64,000 nucleotides of DNA from an uncultured Bacteroidales bacterium (GCA_944325965.1 CALVCB010000001.1:3732-67731), one strand, 5' to 3'; positions 46,809 to 58,371 are shown, counted from the stretch's first letter. The notes: generated by a model not told the origin, from the letters alone. A program made the numbers and translations.

Positions 46809-49279
46809 GCCTGAAGCCTTTTCTTTACATCGGCGGAAGTGCCTTTGTCTGTGCCATATTGCTCCACATTCCTGAAACCGAGCAGGAATTCCTTGGCCTC
46901 CATTCTCTTCTTGCCGGCCAGCTGCAGCTCTTCCACGAGTATGGCCCCGTCAGAGGTCGTCACGGCCAGGTATGTCCTGCCGTCCGACAGAAGTGTGCCT
47001 GCAGGGATTTCCCCGCCTGGGAACCTTCCGGATGCCCTGTCCTTTATCGCTGCCAGCATCCCGGAATCCGCGACCGATGACCTGAAGATTTTCACCTGCA
47101 GTTCTTCTCCGTCTTTCAGGAAAGTGGTGAATGCGCCTGGGTAAGGGCTCAGTCCGCGTATCAGGTTGTTGATATGTCTGCCGCTGTCATTCCAGTCTAT
47201 GTGGCAGAGCTCCCTGGTGATTTTAGGGGCTGGCCTGAGCTGTTCGTCTCCCTGTATGAAACTCTTCTGGAGCTGCAGTTCCACATGTTTTTCAATGATG
47301 GCCTCTACTGTCTGCACTACCAGGCTTGCACCCAGGGACATGAGCTTGTCATGGACCTGGCCTGCAGTGTCAGTGTCCTCTATTTTGCACTGTTCCCTGA
47401 ATATTATGTGTCCGGTATCCATACCGTCGTCAATCATGAACGTGGTCACCCCCGTAAGATGGTCCCCGTTGATGACGGCCCAGTTGATAGGGGCGGCCCC
47501 GCGGTACTGCGGCAGCAGAGCCGCATGAAGGTTGAATGTCCCCAGCCGTGGTATTTCCCATACAGTCTTTGGCAGGAGCCTGAATGCCACTACGACAGCC
47601 AGGTCCGGCTTCCATGCCTTGAAGGCTTCTATGAAGCCCGGGTCTTTGAGCGACACGGGCTGGAGCACGGGGATTCCGTGTTCGACGGCATATTTCTTTA
47701 CCGCGCTTTCGTTCACTTTTAGCCCGCGCCCGCTGGCCTTGTCGGCCACGGTTACTACTCCAACGACATTGTAGCCGTTTTTAATGAGTGCATCCAGAGG
47801 GGCTACGGCAAACTCGGGCGTCCCCATATACACTATACGTGTCTTGCGAATATATCCCATTATCTTGATCCTTATCTTGTTGAACAGTGTCCTCATGCTG
47901 TCTGCGCTGAAAATCGCCGAGTCGTTGATGGCTTTCCATGTGAGGAATGCCCCTGTAGGGAGCAGCACAAGTGTCGATATGAATACGCCGAATGCCGGGC
48001 TTACGGCCCCGTCCCTGGCCAGTTTCTCTCCGGAGATGTCTATGACCCAGTATGCTACGAAAAACAGCACGGATATGATGGCTGGAGTCCCCAGTCCGCC
48101 TTTTCTTATCAGGGCCCCTAACGGAGCTCCTATAAGAAAGAATATGAAACATGCGAAAGCTTGTGCGAACTTCTTCAGGATCGCTATGTCTATCCTCCTT
48201 ATATTGAATGTATACTGGTAGGTGTCCCTGGTGAATGCAGTGAGGGTGGATATGTATTCGTTGGCACTGGAAAGGGCGTGGTCGTATGCCCTGATTTCCT
48301 GGTCCAGGCTGCTTTCCTTTTCTACTGTCTCGGGGGCAAGCACACCTTTTGCCTCGAACCTGTCAGCAGTGTCCAGCTGCGTATTGTATCTGAGTATCCT
48401 GCTTTCCGTGAGGGTCTTGATGTTGTTGGCCTGGGCTTCAGTGTTCAGCTTCCCGATCGAATCCTGGTCATGGAAAAGCTGTTTGAGGTCCATTGTCCTG
48501 GCGTCATTCCAGTCTTTTTCTTCGGATTTCTGGAAAGCATAGTTCTCGAGAGGTATCACCAGTTCCTGCCGGTCGAACTCTATTTTCTGCAGCTGAAGTG
48601 TCGTGTCCCTGTATTTCCGGATGTTTGTCTCTTCATAATTGACTCCGCTGTACATTATGAACGTCAGGGATGTCTTGCTCTTGGTCATCTGCATCAGGGC
48701 GGAGTCGGCAAGGGTCAGGCTTGTGTTCCCCTTGTTCCCCGTATGGTTGTATACCATGACGTCATACATCATCTGGGTCTCGTCGTTCCTGCTTTCGACC
48801 CTCAGTATATAACCTTCGATCCCGTCATAGAATGTTCCTGTAGGTATCTTTATCTCTTCCTTTGTCCTTTTTATGTCGCTGCGCAGGGAGAATATCTTGT
48901 TGTAAGCCACAGGAACAAGGTCGTTGGCTGCAAAGAATGCCCCTGCGCTGATCAGCACTGCCACTCCCATCAGAGGTGCAAGCACCCTCTTCAGTGAAAT
49001 GCCGGCCGCCTTTATGGCCAGCAGCTCGTTGTTTTCCCCGAATGTCCCCAGGGTCATCATGGAGGCGAGCAGCGTCGCGAGCGGAATGGACAGTGGGAGC
49101 AATGTCGCACATCCCCATCCGAGGAACTCGAATACTATCTTCAGGCTCAGCCCCTTGCCGACCAGCTCATCGATATACAGCCAAAGGAACTGCATCATAA
49201 GTATGAAGACGACAACGAGAAGGATCGCTACGAACGGTCCTATGAATGATTTCAGTATGAATTTGTCTAGTATCTTCAT
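46805..49279 (-). CDS. fmt: In-frame fusion of an LptF-like LPS permease (aa 1-~470) and methionyl-tRNA formyltransferase (aa ~474-824)
   Basis: LptF half: LDKFILKSFIGPF, YIDELVGKGL, ENNELLAIKAAGIS, GAPLGALIRKGGLG. Fmt half: RIVYMGTPEFA, NLHAALLPQYRGAAPINWA, DTGHI, IRGLSPYPGA. No stop codon between them. Confidence 0.9.
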   Translation of the reverse strand: MKILDKFILKSFIGPFVAILLVVVFILMMQFLWLYIDELVGKGLSLKIVFEFLGWGCATLLPLSIPLATLLASMMTLGTFGENNELLAIKAAGISLKRVLAPLMGVAVLISAGAFFAANDLVPVAYNKIFSLRSDIKRTKEEIKIPTGTFYDGIEGYILRVESRNDETQMMYDVMVYNHTGNKGNTSLTLADSALMQMTKSKTSLTFIMYSGVNYEETNIRKYRDTTLQLQKIEFDRQELVIPLENYAFQKSEEKDWNDARTMDLKQLFHDQDSIGKLNTEAQANNIKTLTESRILRYNTQLDTADRFEAKGVLAPETVEKESSLDQEIRAYDHALSSANEYISTLTAFTRDTYQYTFNIRRIDIAILKKFAQAFACFIFFLIGAPLGALIRKGGLGTPAIISVLFFVAYWVIDISGEKLARDGAVSPAFGVFISTLVLLPTGAFLTWKAINDSAIFSADSMRTLFNKIRIKIMGYIRKTRIVYMGTPEFAVAPLDALIKNGYNVVGVVTVADKASGRGLKVNESAVKKYAVEHGIPVLQPVSLKDPGFIEAFKAWKPDLAVVVAFRLLPKTVWEIPRLGTFNLHAALLPQYRGAAPINWAVINGDHLTGVTTFMIDDGMDTGHIIFREQCKIEDTDTAGQVHDKLMSLGASLVVQTVEAIIEKHVELQLQKSFIQGDEQLRPAPKITRELCHIDWNDSGRHINNLIRGLSPYPGAFTTFLKDGEELQVKIFRSSVADSGMLAAIKDRASGRFPGGEIPAGTLLSDGRTYLAVTTSDGAILVEELQLAGKKRMEAKEFLLGFRNVEQYGTDKGTSADVKKRLQA

Positions 49280-49320
49280 CCTTCCTGTAATGGCTGGCTG
49301 GCACCGGTCCCCTTGCTGTT

Positions 49321-51945
49321 TCAGTCTTTTTTCGTGGCGGCCTCAAGCATGGCTTCGAGGGCCTCTGCAATGCCTGCGGCATTCTTCCCTCCTGCAGTGG
49401 CAAGTCCGGGCTGCCCTCCTCCTCCTCCGAGTATATGCCTGGCGGCCTCCTTGATGTCCCTGGTGGCGTTGTGCCCTTTGTCCACGAGGTCCTGCGAATA
49501 CATCAGCAGGAGCTGTGGACGGCCTTCGTATTCGAAGGCCCCTATGACAGCGAGGTTCTCCGTTTCTTTCTGGAGCATGCCGGCGGCATTCCTTAGCATG
49601 GACGGGTCTGTGGCCGTAGTGATGGTGACAACATTCACACCATTGATATCCTTGCTGTTCTCTTTCAGGACCTTTTTCAGTACAAGGGTCTTTTCCTTGA
49701 CCACTTCCTCTACCTTTTTCTTGAAATCGGCATTCTCCTCGATGAGCTTCCTTATGGCTCCGGCCAGGTCTGGTGCATTGTTGAACAGGGCCCTGGCTGT
49801 CCGCAGGGCATTTTCCATATGGTCTACGATAAGTTCTGCTGCCGCACCGGTGGTCGCCTCGATCCTGCGGACGCCGGCTGCTATCGCCGATTCGGATATT
49901 ATCTTGAAGAACCCTATCTGCCCGGTGGCTTTCACGTGGGTACCTCCGCATAGCTCTACTGAGTCCCCGAACTTCACAATCCTCACCCTGTCCCCGTATT
50001 TCTCCCCGAACAGGGCCATGGCACCCATTTCATGTGCCTGCTCCATAGTGGCTGAACGGTTTTCCTCGAGAGGGTAGTTGGCACGTATGAGTTCGTTGAC
50101 ACGGTTCTCTACTTTGTCGATCTGCTCGTCCGTCATTTTCTCGAAGTGGGAGAAGTCGAAGCGGAAGTATTCGTCTGTGACGAATGACCCTTTCTGCTCC
50201 ACATGTGTGCCGAGTATTTCGCGGAGTGCTTTGTGGAGAAGATGCGTGGCTGTATGGTTGTTGGTGATCTTCAGCCTTCTGTCCGTGTCCACATGCAGGC
50301 TGAAACTTTCGCTGCAGTCAGACGGGATACGTTCTGCGATGTGGATTGTGAGGTTGTTCTCCTTTATGGTGTTGACTATTCTGATTTTTTCACCGCTCTC
50401 GGACACGATATATCCTGTGTCTCCGGCCTGACCTCCCATCTCGGCATAGAAAGGTGTCCTGTCGAATACGAGCTGGTACATGGTCTTGTTCTTGGCCTTG
50501 ACTGTCCTGTGGCGGGTGAGTGCGGCCCCGTCTATCTCAGTGAAGTCGTACCCGACGAACTCCACGCTTTCGCAGTGATGGAATTCTATCCAGTCCCCGG
50601 ATTCGATGGCTGTGGCGTTCCTGGCCCTCTCCTTTTGCTTCTGGAGCTCAGTCTCGAATGACTTTATGTCGATGGTGTATCCGTTCTCGGACGCGATGAG
50701 CTCGCTCAGGTCTATCGGGAAGCCGAAAGTGTCATACAGCACGAACGCATCTTCACCTCTGATGACCCTGGTGTCCTTGGATTTCTCCATCAGGTTCTCT
50801 ATCAGCTTGATGCCTCTGTCAAGAGTGCGGAGGAAAGCCATCTCCTCTTCCCGGATCACCTTTTCGATAAGCTCCTGCTGCTTCAGTATCTCAGGGTAGA
50901 ATTCCCCCATGTCCTCTGCAAGCTGGCCCACCAGCCTGCAGAGGAACGGCTCGTTGAAGCCGAGGAAGGTGTAGCCGTAGCGGACGGCCCTGCGGAGGAT
51001 GCGGCGGATGACATATCCAGCCTTGACATTCGACGGCAGCTGGCCGTCGGCGATGGAGAAGCTTATGGCCCTGATGTGGTCGGCGATCACCCTCATGGCC
51101 ACTTCTGTCTTTTCAGACTCATGGTATCTGTGTCCGGAAAGCTCCTCTACCTTGGCTATCATGCCGGTGAACACGTCTGTGTCATAGTTGCTGGTCTTTC
51201 CCTGCAGGGTCATGCACAGCCTTTCGAAGCCCATGCCAGTGTCCACGTTCTTGTTCGGGAGCGGCTCCAGCTCGCCGCTGGCCTTGCGGTTGAACTGCAT
51301 GAATACAAGGTTCCATATCTCTATCACGAGGTGGTGTCCTTTGTTCACCAGGTCGCGGCCTGGTACAGCGGCCCTTTCGGCATCGTCCCTCAGGTCGACA
51401 TGTATTTCGCTGCACGGACCGCACGGGCCAGTGTCACCCATTTCCCAGAAATTGTCATGCTTGTTGCCGAAAAGTATCCTGTCTTCCGGAAGATGTTTTT
51501 TCCATTCTTCAAGGGCTTCGGTGTCCTTTTCTGTGCCGTCGGATTCATCCCCTTCAAAAACAGTGGCATAGAGTCTGTCTTTGTCTATTTTGTATACCTC
51601 TGTGAGAAGCTCCCATGCCCAGCTGATGGCTTCTTTTTTGAAATAGTCCCCGAAGCTCCAGTTCCCGAGCATCTCGAACATCGTGTGGTGGTAGGAGTCG
51701 TGTCCTACTTCTTCCAGGTCATTGTGCTTTCCGCTGACCCTCAAGCATTTCTGGCTGTCGGTCACCCTCTTGTACTTCGGTGCGCTGTTCCCGAGGAACC
51801 AGTCTTTGAACTGGTTCATCCCTGCATTGGTGAACATCAGGGTAGGGTCGTTCTTCACTACCATTGGTGCTGAAGGTACTATAGTATGGCCTTTGGAGGC
51901 GAAAAAGTCGAGGAATGCTTTCCTTATTTCTTTGGATGTCATCAT
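49321..51945 (-). CDS. alaS: Alanine--tRNA ligase
   Basis: [56 protein letters not shown] and GGGGG motifs. True start is MMTSKEIRK. Confidence 0.97.
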   Translation of the reverse strand: MMTSKEIRKAFLDFFASKGHTIVPSAPMVVKNDPTLMFTNAGMNQFKDWFLGNSAPKYKRVTDSQKCLRVSGKHNDLEEVGHDSYHHTMFEMLGNWSFGDYFKKEAISWAWELLTEVYKIDKDRLYATVFEGDESDGTEKDTEALEEWKKHLPEDRILFGNKHDNFWEMGDTGPCGPCSEIHVDLRDDAERAAVPGRDLVNKGHHLVIEIWNLVFMQFNRKASGELEPLPNKNVDTGMGFERLCMTLQGKTSNYDTDVFTGMIAKVEELSGHRYHESEKTEVAMRVIADHIRAISFSIADGQLPSNVKAGYVIRRILRRAVRYGYTFLGFNEPFLCRLVGQLAEDMGEFYPEILKQQELIEKVIREEEMAFLRTLDRGIKLIENLMEKSKDTRVIRGEDAFVLYDTFGFPIDLSELIASENGYTIDIKSFETELQKQKERARNATAIESGDWIEFHHCESVEFVGYDFTEIDGAALTRHRTVKAKNKTMYQLVFDRTPFYAEMGGQAGDTGYIVSESGEKIRIVNTIKENNLTIHIAERIPSDCSESFSLHVDTDRRLKITNNHTATHLLHKALREILGTHVEQKGSFVTDEYFRFDFSHFEKMTDEQIDKVENRVNELIRANYPLEENRSATMEQAHEMGAMALFGEKYGDRVRIVKFGDSVELCGGTHVKATGQIGFFKIISESAIAAGVRRIEATTGAAAELIVDHMENALRTARALFNNAPDLAGAIRKLIEENADFKKKVEEVVKEKTLVLKKVLKENSKDINGVNVVTITTATDPSMLRNAAGMLQKETENLAVIGAFEYEGRPQLLLMYSQDLVDKGHNATRDIKEAARHILGGGGGQPGLATAGGKNAAGIAEALEAMLEAATKKD

Positions 51946-52041
51946 AATATACACTGTTTCAAACGTCCCGTTAAAATCCGGGTTTTCACTTTGACATGCA
52001 AAAATAATAACATTTTTCTGAAAAATTCTTATATTTGCATG

Positions 52042-53007
52042 ATGTCTAAATTCAAAAGGTATATTTTCAATCCCGACACTCTGACATACGAAGTGAAAGA
52101 GCGTTCGGCAAGAGCCCGTTTTTTTAAGGGGCTCCTCCTTTTTGCTGCCAGCCTGGGTATGGCGGTCTTCTATATATGGATATATGCTTCTGTCCTTGGC
52201 TGCGACCTTCCAAAGACTGCCGTGCTGAAAAAGGCAAACGCCAGGTGGAATCTCAAGATGGACATAATGAACAGCCAGCTGGACAGGTACGAGGCCAGCC
52301 TGGAGTCGATAAGGGTGAGGGATGACGATGTCTACAGGTCCATATTCGGCATGAACGAGATTCCTGCCGAGGTGCGCAATGCCGGCATAGGCGGCGTGGA
52401 CCGTTATTCCTGGCTTGACGAGGCAGGGTCGGGCGGCCTGCTGAAGAATACAAAGATGAGGCTGGACATGATCTCCAGGAAGACATGCGTGCAGAGCAGG
52501 TCCTTCGATGATGTGACCGTGCTCTCGAAGAGGGCCGGGGATATGGCCCAGTGCATACCTGCGGTCCCTCCTATTGATCCTGTCCCCGGGACTTACAGGA
52601 TATCGAGCACATTCGGCCGCCGGACAGATCCTATTTCCGGACGTACCGCATATCATGAGGGGGTGGATTTTGCATGCAGGGTCGGCAACCCGGTGTACGC
52701 GACCGCGGACGGCGTGGTTGAGATGGTCCAGATAGAGAACTACGGCTATGGAAAGAATGTCATCATCGACCATGGCTTCGGCTACAGGACCAGATATGCC
52801 CATATGGATGAAATTGATGTGAAGAAAGGCGATATTGTGAAACGTGGCAAATTCATAGGCACGAGCGGGAATTCGGGAAAGTCTACCGGACCGCACCTCC
52901 ATTATGAGGTGATGTACAGGGGGGCTCATGTGAACCCGTATAACTATTACGACCTTTCTATGACACATGAAGAATACATGTCCCTGATTGCGCATACGAA
53001 TGAGTAG
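52042..53007 (+). CDS. M23 family metallopeptidase
   Basis: N-terminal TM plus coiled-coil, HEGVDF, YAH and [10 protein letters not shown] motifs. Confidence 0.92.
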   Translation: MSKFKRYIFNPDTLTYEVKERSARARFFKGLLLFAASLGMAVFYIWIYASVLGCDLPKTAVLKKANARWNLKMDIMNSQLDRYEASLESIRVRDDDVYRSIFGMNEIPAEVRNAGIGGVDRYSWLDEAGSGGLLKNTKMRLDMISRKTCVQSRSFDDVTVLSKRAGDMAQCIPAVPPIDPVPGTYRISSTFGRRTDPISGRTAYHEGVDFACRVGNPVYATADGVVEMVQIENYGYGKNVIIDHGFGYRTRYAHMDEIDVKKGDIVKRGKFIGTSGNSGKSTGPHLHYEVMYRGAHVNPYNYYDLSMTHEEYMSLIAHTNE

Positions 53008-53950
53008 CCATTATGTCTATGACAAGGATGATTTCAGGTTCCGCAGGCAGAGGCGTTCTCCCCGTTCTGTGCTGTTGCGGGTGCTGAAGTATTTCCTTTC
53101 CAGCCTGTCGCTGGCTGTGCTTTACTATATAGTCTTCGCGCTGCTCTTCAATACGGACAATGAACGCAGGCTTAAGGCGGAGAACCGCATGTATGAAAAG
53201 CTTTATCCTGAGATGGAGCAGGAGCAGAGGCTCCTTGAGGACGTGGTCTCAGGTCTCGAGGCCAAGGACAATATGATTTACAATGACCTTTTCCAGACCG
53301 ATGTGCTTTCCCTTGACAGCCAGGCTTCGGCGTATCTTTATGAAGGGGATTCCATGCAGGTCAGCGACATTGCCCGGTATTCTGAACAGAAGTATCTGCC
53401 CATGTATGAGAAGTCCAGGGACATAGACAGGGATTTCATGGAAATATTCCATCTTCTGGCTGCTTCCGTGGCAGGAGGCCTGCCTCCGCTTTCATTTCCG
53501 ATAAGCGGGTTTACATATACGTCCATAGGCGCTTCTGTCGGAGAAAAGATCAACCCTTTCTATAAGGTAAAGGTGGCTCATGACGGTCTGGATATGATAG
53601 CTCCGTCAGGCACTCCGGTGGTTGCGGCCGCCGACGGGGTCGTTTCGTCTGTCCAGTATTCCAGGAAGGGGCTGGGCAATACGGTGACCATTGACCACGG
53701 GAACGGATATACTACCAGGTATGCACATCTGGCTGACATAAAGACTGTTCGCGGCAGACGTATCAGGATGGGAGATGTGCTGGGCAGTGTCGGCATGTCC
53801 GGAAAATCTTTTGCCCCGCACCTGCACTATGAGATATGGCGTGATTCCGTGGCTCTTGACCCGGTCAGCTATTTCTTCAGTTCGGTTTCGCCCGATGAGT
53901 ACAGTGCCATGCTGCTTCTGTCTGCGAGCGCCGGGCAGTCGATGGATTGA
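53000..53950 (+). CDS. M23 family metallopeptidase (tandem paralogue)
   Basis: N-terminal TM, HDGLD, YAHL and APHLHYEI motifs. Confidence 0.9.
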   Translation: MSSHYVYDKDDFRFRRQRRSPRSVLLRVLKYFLSSLSLAVLYYIVFALLFNTDNERRLKAENRMYEKLYPEMEQEQRLLEDVVSGLEAKDNMIYNDLFQTDVLSLDSQASAYLYEGDSMQVSDIARYSEQKYLPMYEKSRDIDRDFMEIFHLLAASVAGGLPPLSFPISGFTYTSIGASVGEKINPFYKVKVAHDGLDMIAPSGTPVVAAADGVVSSVQYSRKGLGNTVTIDHGNGYTTRYAHLADIKTVRGRRIRMGDVLGSVGMSGKSFAPHLHYEIWRDSVALDPVSYFFSSVSPDEYSAMLLLSASAGQSMD

Positions 53951-53957
53951 CAACGGT

Positions 53958-54275
53958 ATGGACAAGCTGTATTATACTATAGGAGAGGTGGCCGACATGC
54001 TTGGCGAGAGTGTGTCGCTCGTACGTTTCTGGTCGGACCGTTTCCGGGCCTTTGTCAAGCCGGTGCGCAACGCGAAAGGTAACCGCCTCTACAAAGCCGG
54101 GGACCTGGATACATTCCGGCAGATACATTTTCTGGTGAGAGACAGCGGCCTGTCCCTGGAAGGAGCGGCAAGGAAGATGAGGGAGGACAGGAGCCCCGTC
54201 GAGTCCAGGGTCCGGGCGATAGAGATATTGAAGGACATACGGCAGCAGCTGGAGGAAATCCGCAGGGAACTGTAA
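53958..54275 (+). CDS. MerR family transcriptional regulator
   Basis: KLYYTIGEVA, SLVRFW and GNRLY motifs. Confidence 0.9.
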   Translation: MDKLYYTIGEVADMLGESVSLVRFWSDRFRAFVKPVRNAKGNRLYKAGDLDTFRQIHFLVRDSGLSLEGAARKMREDRSPVESRVRAIEILKDIRQQLEEIRREL

Positions 54276-54298
54276 TGCTGCCATTATATATAATAGGT

Positions 54299-55084
54299 AT
54301 GGGTACATATAAGGTCAAGGACGTAGTTTCTGTGATAGAGGATTTCGCCCCGTTGTCGATTCAGGAGAGCTGGGACAACAGCGGGCTGTGTATCGGCTCG
54401 CCTGATTCCCCGGTGCATTCTGTCCTGATAGGGCTGGATTGTACTCCGGAACTTGTGGATGAGGCCGTTGAGGCGGGGGCGGACATGATTGTGACGCATC
54501 ATCCTCTCATTTTTTCCGGGTTGAAGCGGATATCTCCGGAAGACCAGGTAGGGCTTGCGGTCATGAAGGCTGTCTCGGCTGGTATCGCGGTTTATGCCGC
54601 GCACACTACAGCTGACAAGGTGATTGCCGGCGTAAGCGGTGCCATGGCGCGCAGACTCGGGCTGAGGGATATAGAAATTCTCGACAGTGAAGGTGACGGG
54701 ACCGGTCTCGGGACGGTCGGAAACCTGCCCTGCCCGATGACAGCGGAAGAGGCCATCCGGTATGTCAAGGAAAAGTTCTCCCTCAAGTCCGTCAGGACGT
54801 CAAGGCCTGTGGATGTGCCGGTGAAGAGGGTGGCCATGTGTGGCGGGGCCGGAAGCTCCCTCATAGGGAAGGCTGTCTCCTCCGGGGCGCAGCTGTACCT
54901 CTGCGGCGATGTCTCCTATCACCATTTCTTTACTCATAAGGATTTCATGGTAATGGATATAGGACATTATGAGAGTGAAATAGAGATAGTTGCTATTTTA
55001 TTTTCGTTACTCAAGAAAAATTTTCCTACCTTTGCAGTCCGCATTACGGAGAATATATATAGTAACCCGGTATTTTATTTTTAA
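54299..55084 (+). CDS. Nif3-like dinuclear metal centre protein (DUF34)
   Basis: QESWDNSGL, THHPLIF, HTTAD, CGGAG and GHYESE motifs. Confidence 0.92.
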   Translation: MGTYKVKDVVSVIEDFAPLSIQESWDNSGLCIGSPDSPVHSVLIGLDCTPELVDEAVEAGADMIVTHHPLIFSGLKRISPEDQVGLAVMKAVSAGIAVYAAHTTADKVIAGVSGAMARRLGLRDIEILDSEGDGTGLGTVGNLPCPMTAEEAIRYVKEKFSLKSVRTSRPVDVPVKRVAMCGGAGSSLIGKAVSSGAQLYLCGDVSYHHFFTHKDFMVMDIGHYESEIEIVAILFSLLKKNFPTFAVRITENIYSNPVFYF

Positions 55085-55089
55085 GCGAT

Positions 55090-55899
55090 ATGGCTAAAAA
55101 GACAAAAAAAGTTGAAACTCCTATCGACCAGAGGGAAACCTTTGTGTCTATCCAGAAGAGTTTTGCAGATTCGGACCTGAGCGTAGAGGAAAAGCTCAGG
55201 ACCCTATATGAACTTCAGCAGGCAGATACTGAAATAGACAAGATACTCCAGCTTAGGGGAGAACTTCCTCTCGAGGTAGAGGCGCTGGAGAATGAGATAG
55301 CTGACCTGAAGGCAAAGACTGCCCGTATCAACGAACAGATAGATGATGCCGGAAAGCGTATCACTGAATACAAGCACAATATCGTCGAGTGCGATACCCA
55401 GCTCGAGAAATACAGGGCCCAGGTGGACAATGTATCCAACAGCCGCGAATACGACTCCCTTAACAAGGAGATAGAGAACCAGGGCCTTTTGAAGGAGATC
55501 GCCGAGAAGAACATTTACGAGACCAAGGATTTTGTCGCTTCCAAGAAGCAGGAGCTCGAGTCCGTCAAGGAGAAGATATCCGTCAAGAACGAGGACCTTA
55601 AGGCTAAGAAGCAGGAACTTGCCTTGATCGTGGAGTCAACTTCCAAGGAGGAGGAAAGGCTCAGGGCGAACCGTCAGGCTTGCGCTGACAAGATAGATGC
55701 AAGGACAATGAGTGCATACGAGCGCATAAGGAACAGCTGCAACAACCATCTTGCCGTGGTTTCCGTATTCAACGGCAACGCTTGTGGGGGCTGTTTCAAC
55801 ACTATTCCTCCACAGAGGCTAATCGACATCGCTTCAAACAAGAAAATGATAATCTGCGAATACTGCGGAAGGATACTCGTGAATCCGGATTTTGAATAG
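55090..55899 (+). CDS. Coiled-coil protein with C-terminal C4 Zn-ribbon (DUF164/CT398-like)
   Basis: LRGELPLEV, long coiled-coil, ACGGCF...CEYCGRIL. Confidence 0.9.
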   Translation: MAKKTKKVETPIDQRETFVSIQKSFADSDLSVEEKLRTLYELQQADTEIDKILQLRGELPLEVEALENEIADLKAKTARINEQIDDAGKRITEYKHNIVECDTQLEKYRAQVDNVSNSREYDSLNKEIENQGLLKEIAEKNIYETKDFVASKKQELESVKEKISVKNEDLKAKKQELALIVESTSKEEERLRANRQACADKIDARTMSAYERIRNSCNNHLAVVSVFNGNACGGCFNTIPPQRLIDIASNKKMIICEYCGRILVNPDFE

Positions 55900-55905
55900 C
55901 AGCAT

Positions 55906-57435
55906 ATGGCAGACGAGGTAAAAAGACGCTCCTCAAGGAAAAAGGATGCTGTGAACCTCGAAACGTTAGGGCTTGAGATGGGAAACAAACCGCCTCAAGC
56001 TCTTGACGTAGAAGAGGCTGTCATTGGTGCGCTCCTGATAGAGCCGGGCTGCGTGGATGAGGCAATGGAGGAACTGACCCCGTCATGCTTCTACAGTGAC
56101 CGGCACAGGATGGTCTTCCAGGCCATGGTCTCACTTTCGAACGAACATTCTCCTATCGATATACTTACCGTTGCCCAGAAGCTCAAGGCCGACGGCAATC
56201 TTGAGGCGGTGGGGGGTGCCGTGACCCTTGCGCAGCTTTCCCAGAAGGTCGGGGCGGCCGCGCATATTGAGGTCTATATTAAGATTCTCAAGCAGAAAAG
56301 CATACAGAGGGAGCTCATAACTGCCTCATATGATATCCTGAAGAATTCATACGATGATTCGACCAATGTCGATGACCTTATCGACATGGCTCAGACCAAG
56401 ATTTTCGCTGCCATCCAGAACAATGTAAAGAAAGATGTGCAGGAAATCGGCTCTGTCATTAACCAGGCAATCCAGGATATAGAGAATCTCCAGAACACTA
56501 CCGGGCTGAGCGGCGTCCCGTCCGGTTTTCAGACACTGGACAGGATTACCCTCGGATGGCAGGCCTCGGACCTCATCATCCTTGCTGCCAGGCCGTCTGT
56601 CGGAAAGACGGCGTTCGTGCTCAATATTGCCAGGAACGCGGCCGTGGACTATCATATGCCGGTGGCCTTCTTCTCTCTTGAGATGCCTGCCATCCAGCTT
56701 GCAAAGCGTATGATGGTGACGGAGACCGGGCTGAATGCGGACAAGGTCAAGGGCGGGCAGAAGCTGGAGCCATACGAGTGGAAGCAGCTGGAGGAAAAGC
56801 TCAAGGAACTGACCAAGGCCCCGTTGTATATAGATGACACCCCGTCGCTTCCTGTAATGGAATTCCGCTCCAAAGTGAAGCGCCTCGTGAAGCAGAAGGG
56901 TGTCAGGCTCGTGATAGTGGACTACCTGCAGCTCATGCAGGGGCCTGCGGAGCTGCGCGGGATGAGGGAGCAGGAGGTTGCGGCAATATCCAGGACCCTC
57001 AAGGCCACAGCCAAGGAAATGAATGTACCTATCATAGCGCTTTCCCAGCTCAGCCGCCAGGCTGTACAGAGGACGGGAAGCAACAACAGGCCGCAGTTGA
57101 GCGACCTGCGCGAGTCCGGTTCCATCGAGCAGGATGCGGATATGGTGCTGTTCATTCACAGGTATGACTATCAGGGGCTTTCAGATAATCCGGAAGATAT
57201 AGGGAAGACATCGCTCATAATCGCCAAGCACAGGAACGGGGAAATAGGTGAGATAGACATGATGTTCCGTGCTTCCGAGGTACGCTTCGTAGATATGGCA
57301 GATTCTCTGGTCGGAAGCATTTCCGACATGCCGTTCGCCTCTGCCATGAATAGTGATGATGATGTCCCGTTCGGTCCCCCTTCTGGATTTCAGTCCGGCA
57401 TATCCGATTTCGGGGAAAACCAGGAATTCATGTAA
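55906..57435 (+). CDS. dnaB: Replicative DNA helicase
   Basis: PPQA, AARPSVGKT (Walker A), FSLEM, DYLQL, LSDLRESGSIEQDAD and KHRNG motifs. Confidence 0.97.
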   Translation: MADEVKRRSSRKKDAVNLETLGLEMGNKPPQALDVEEAVIGALLIEPGCVDEAMEELTPSCFYSDRHRMVFQAMVSLSNEHSPIDILTVAQKLKADGNLEAVGGAVTLAQLSQKVGAAAHIEVYIKILKQKSIQRELITASYDILKNSYDDSTNVDDLIDMAQTKIFAAIQNNVKKDVQEIGSVINQAIQDIENLQNTTGLSGVPSGFQTLDRITLGWQASDLIILAARPSVGKTAFVLNIARNAAVDYHMPVAFFSLEMPAIQLAKRMMVTETGLNADKVKGGQKLEPYEWKQLEEKLKELTKAPLYIDDTPSLPVMEFRSKVKRLVKQKGVRLVIVDYLQLMQGPAELRGMREQEVAAISRTLKATAKEMNVPIIALSQLSRQAVQRTGSNNRPQLSDLRESGSIEQDADMVLFIHRYDYQGLSDNPEDIGKTSLIIAKHRNGEIGEIDMMFRASEVRFVDMADSLVGSISDMPFASAMNSDDDVPFGPPSGFQSGISDFGENQEFM

Positions 57436-57441
57436 ACCTCT

Positions 57442-58350
57442 ATGACCAGGGCGCTTGTCATATTGCTTTTGGCTGTGTGCCATATCCCGGCATTTTCCCA
57501 GAATGTCGTGGATGCCGGCAGCAATGGCGGCTGCATCCCGGTCCGTACCGTAGCGGAAGACGGGCTCGCCTACAAGTCCGGTGAGCGCTTCACTTTTACT
57601 ATACATTATGAATGGGGGGCCATTGATTCGGATGTCGGGTGGGCTTCGGTAGGTATAGACACTGTCAGGTTCAACGGACAGAAGGCCTTCCACTGTGTCG
57701 TGTACGGGAGAACGACCCGCCTGTACGACTTCTTCTTCAAGGTAAGGGAGAATTTCCAGTCCTGGTTTACCGCGGACGGCATAAGGCCGCTGAAGTTTAC
57801 GCGCAACACCCTGGAAGGGAAATATGAGGCCCGGAACACGTATTCCTATATGTGGGAGGGTGCGGACTCCATATATATCGCCGCGGATGTATTCACCTCG
57901 TCAAGCGGGCAGCTCGCTGTGAGGCTGCCCCTGAATTCATGTACGTATGACCTGCCGTCCCTGTTCTATCTTGCAAGGAACATAGACATGTCGAAGGTTG
58001 TCCCGGACGTGAAGTATCCGATGACCTTCGCCATTGACGATGATGTATATAATGTATATTTCATCTACCGCGGCAGGGAGCAGAAGAAGGTCAGGGGCTT
58101 CGGGACGGTTAACACCATGAAGTTCTCCGTCAAGCTCCTTTCGGGAAACGTGTTTACGGGCGAGGAGGATCTTTCCGTATGGATTTCAGATGACGACAAC
58201 AGGATACCGGTCCTGTTCGAGGCCCCCATTCTCGTGGGGGTGGCCTCAGGGCGCATAGAAAGCTGTTCCGGACTCAAGTATCCTTTTTCATCATTGGTGA
58301 AAAAAGGTAAGGCCCGCCTCTCGTCCAATGCGGCGGACGGGCGAATGTAA
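57442..58350 (+). CDS. DUF3108 domain protein
   Basis: Signal peptide, GERFTFTIHY, DFFFKVR and VWISDDDNRIPV motifs. Confidence 0.8.
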   Translation: MTRALVILLLAVCHIPAFSQNVVDAGSNGGCIPVRTVAEDGLAYKSGERFTFTIHYEWGAIDSDVGWASVGIDTVRFNGQKAFHCVVYGRTTRLYDFFFKVRENFQSWFTADGIRPLKFTRNTLEGKYEARNTYSYMWEGADSIYIAADVFTSSSGQLAVRLPLNSCTYDLPSLFYLARNIDMSKVVPDVKYPMTFAIDDDVYNVYFIYRGREQKKVRGFGTVNTMKFSVKLLSGNVFTGEEDLSVWISDDDNRIPVLFEAPILVGVASGRIESCSGLKYPFSSLVKKGKARLSSNAADGRM

Positions 58351-58371
58351 TGTAAAAAAAGAGAATGTGTT

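Noticed and set aside
51946-52995. 350-aa N-terminal extension of alaS in the ORF track
   Set aside because: It is the antisense of the M23 gene. AlaS homology starts at MMTSKEIRK, which has its own -7 box.
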